From positions 1-33,619 of IMG/VR virus record IMGVR_UViG_3300020084_000052: a stretch of 33,619 nt of DNA, one strand, 5' to 3'. The notes under the pieces were generated by a model. It had not been told where the DNA came from, ran no database searches, and saw nothing but the letters and a program-made list of their open reading frames with translations. Below are positions 32,055-33,619 of this stretch, piece by piece. Within the stretch, counting starts at the first letter, position 1. Every line of letters begins with the position of its first letter. The position numbers and the translations under genes are program-made. Origin of the DNA: a virus. Its lineage: Duplodnaviria > Caudoviricetes.

Positions 32055-33619
32055 CGGGCCAACTCCGGGTGAGCGACGCGGTCGGTGGTGCCGGCGGGCT
32101 GCCGGATCGGGGTCGTGCCGGTGTGCTCGGCGTACCGGCGGGCGATCACGTCGCAGTAGGCGGGCTCGAGCTCGATCGCCAGGACGGTGCGGCCGAGGTG
32201 GTGGCCGGCGATCAGTTCGGGGCAGGTGCCGGCGAAGGGGACGCCGACGGTGCCGCCGGGTGGGGTGCTGGACTTGATGGCGCGCTCGACCATGGCGACG
32301 GGCTTGGGGGTGGCGTGGCCGTGCCGGTCGTCGCCGTGGACGCGGGGGAAGGTCCAGACGTCGCGCATGGTGTCGTGGGTGTTGTCGAAGTAGGTCCGGC
32401 CCTCGCGGAGTTGGGCGGCGAGGCGGCGGCGTAGGGCGTTGGCGTCGCCGTCGAAGTCGGGGAACAGGTCGCCGAGCAGTTCGGCGTAGGGCTTGACGAA
32501 CGCGCGGCCGTCGGCGGCGGCCTGGAGGGTCTCGTAGTGGTTGGCGGTGATCGGGAGGAACTGGGAGCGGGTGAACCAGTGGCCGGCCATCTGGGTTCCG
32601 GTCAGGGCGTTGACGTCGCGGTTGGTCCAGCCCATGCGGTCGCGTTCGGCGACCAGCCAGGCGCGTAGGGGCTCGTTCTCCTCTTGGTACTCGTCGGTGT
32701 TGACGTTGCCGAGGAACTGCCGGCCGCGCATCAGGAACAGGCAGCGCTCGGAGGCGACCGGGTAGGAGTGCCGGTCGGCGGAGCGCTGGCCCATGCCGCT
32801 GCCCTTGTCCCAGACGACCTCGTTGCGGACCATCAGGTCGGGGTCCTTGCCGAGGCCGCCGACCCACCAGAGGCGCCAGAGGTCGGCGGCCTGCCCCCAG
32901 ACGTAGGCCGAGCCGTTCTCGGCGAGCACGGGCAGCCACGCGGCCCACCAGGACACCTGGAACCGATCCAACTTGGGCCCGTACAGGTTGTCGTTGGCGA
33001 TCCCGTCGGCCTCCTTGCCCATGCCGTAGGGCGGGTCGGCGTGGATCAGGTCCAGCGCCTCGGTGACGCCCTCGACCAGGCGGAGGACGTCGTCGGCTCG
33101 GGTGGAGTCGCCGCAGAGCAGGCGGTGCGGGCCGAGGTGCCAGAGGTCGCCGGGGCGGGTGACGGCGTCGGCGGGGGCGATCGGCTCGGGGATCTCGTCG
33201 GGGTCGGTGAGGGCGACGGGGCTGCCGCCGTCGGTGGCGGGGGCGATCGCGCGCTGGAGCTCGGCGAGGTCGTCGGGGGTGTAGCCGGTGCCGGCGAGGT
33301 CGGGGAGGCCGCCGAGCAGGGCGAGCAGGCCGGCGGAGTCGTAGCCGCCGACGTCGCTGGTCCGGTTGTCGGCGAGCAGGATCCGGCGGGCTTCCTCGTC
33401 GTCGACGTCGCGGAACACGGCGTCGATCGCGGTCGCGCCCTCGGCGATGAGGGCCTTCCGGGTGTGGTTGCCGGCGAGGACGTAGCCGGTGGACTGCTGG
33501 ACGACGATCGGCTTGTACTGGCCGAACTCTCGCAGGCTCTCCCGGATCTTCTCGACGTTGCCGACGCGCGGGTTCTCGGGGTGCGGGGTGACCGAGTCGA
33601 TCGGCACGCGCTCGACCGT
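32051..33619 (-). CDS. ParB-N domain fused to DNA amino-methyltransferase (start probably just beyond the right edge)
   Basis: HPENPR...FGQYKPIVV...LAGNH...LADNR (ParB-N); GDLWHLGPHRLLCGDS, HADPPY, HATPKPV and PFAGT. The frame is open to the window end. Confidence 0.88.
   Translation of the reverse strand, partial: TVERVPIDSVTPHPENPRVGNVEKIRESLREFGQYKPIVVQQSTGYVLAGNHTRKALIAEGATAIDAVFRDVDDEEARRILLADNRTSDVGGYDSAGLLALLGGLPDLAGTGYTPDDLAELQRAIAPATDGGSPVALTDPDEIPEPIAPADAVTRPGDLWHLGPHRLLCGDSTRADDVLRLVEGVTEALDLIHADPPYGMGKEADGIANDNLYGPKLDRFQVSWWAAWLPVLAENGSAYVWGQAADLWRLWWVGGLGKDPDLMVRNEVVWDKGSGMGQRSADRHSYPVASERCLFLMRGRQFLGNVNTDEYQEENEPLRAWLVAERDRMGWTNRDVNALTGTQMAGHWFTRSQFLPITANHYETLQAAADGRAFVKPYAELLGDLFPDFDGDANALRRRLAAQLREGRTYFDNTHDTMRDVWTFPRVHGDDRHGHATPKPVAMVERAIKSSTPPGGTVGVPFAGTCPELIAGHHLGRTVLAIELEPAYCDVIARRYAEHTGTTPIRQPAGTTDRVAHPELAR

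Larger units (their letters stand above)
1..33619 (-). mobile_element. Actinobacterial siphovirus/prophage packaging and virion module (cluster-B-like architecture)
   Basis: Co-oriented terS-terL-portal-MuF/protease-capsid-tail-tape measure gene order. Confidence 0.93.

Noticed and set aside
11-33284. Many long plus-strand ORFs (e.g. 1367-4261, 7637-10519, 11962-16380, 16332-18143, 26714-28513)
   Set aside because: Antisense shadows of GC-rich minus-strand genes: R/G/P-rich or mirror-codon composition, no motifs, no RBS.

Overview
This ~33.6 kb, very GC-rich window is the packaging and morphogenesis arm of an actinobacterial siphovirus or prophage. No integrase, att site or host genes are visible, so phage versus prophage cannot be decided. 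All credible genes lie on the minus strand, many coupled by (A/G)TGA overlaps. In transcription order (right to left) they are: ParB-N/amino-methyltransferase fusion (5'-truncated), small ORFs, terminase small subunit, accessory ORFs, terminase large subunit, a ~8.4 kb accessory block (HTH protein, C5-cytosine MTase, N4/N6 MTase), DUF1360-like membrane protein, portal, MuF/capsid-maturation-protease polyprotein, a moron cassette, major capsid hexamer- and pentamer-type proteins, SAP-domain and membrane proteins, major tail, head-tail adaptor, tail completion proteins, tail chaperones and tape measure (3'-truncated). The order resembles cluster-B-like actinobacteriophages. Main observations: (1) a nested +1-frame gene with its own RBS inside the C5-MTase, encoding five tandem LLPTP TRD-like modules; (2) a 26-34 nt leader element repeated just downstream of TANNNT boxes in front of the capsid, major tail and tape measure genes; (3) an Rmf/CrpP-like cargo domain bracketed by putative protease sites inside the MuF-protease polyprotein; (4) a palindromic GTGnACnGTnCAC operator overlapping the -10 boxes of accessory promoters. 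All family assignments come from motif recognition by eye, not from database searches.
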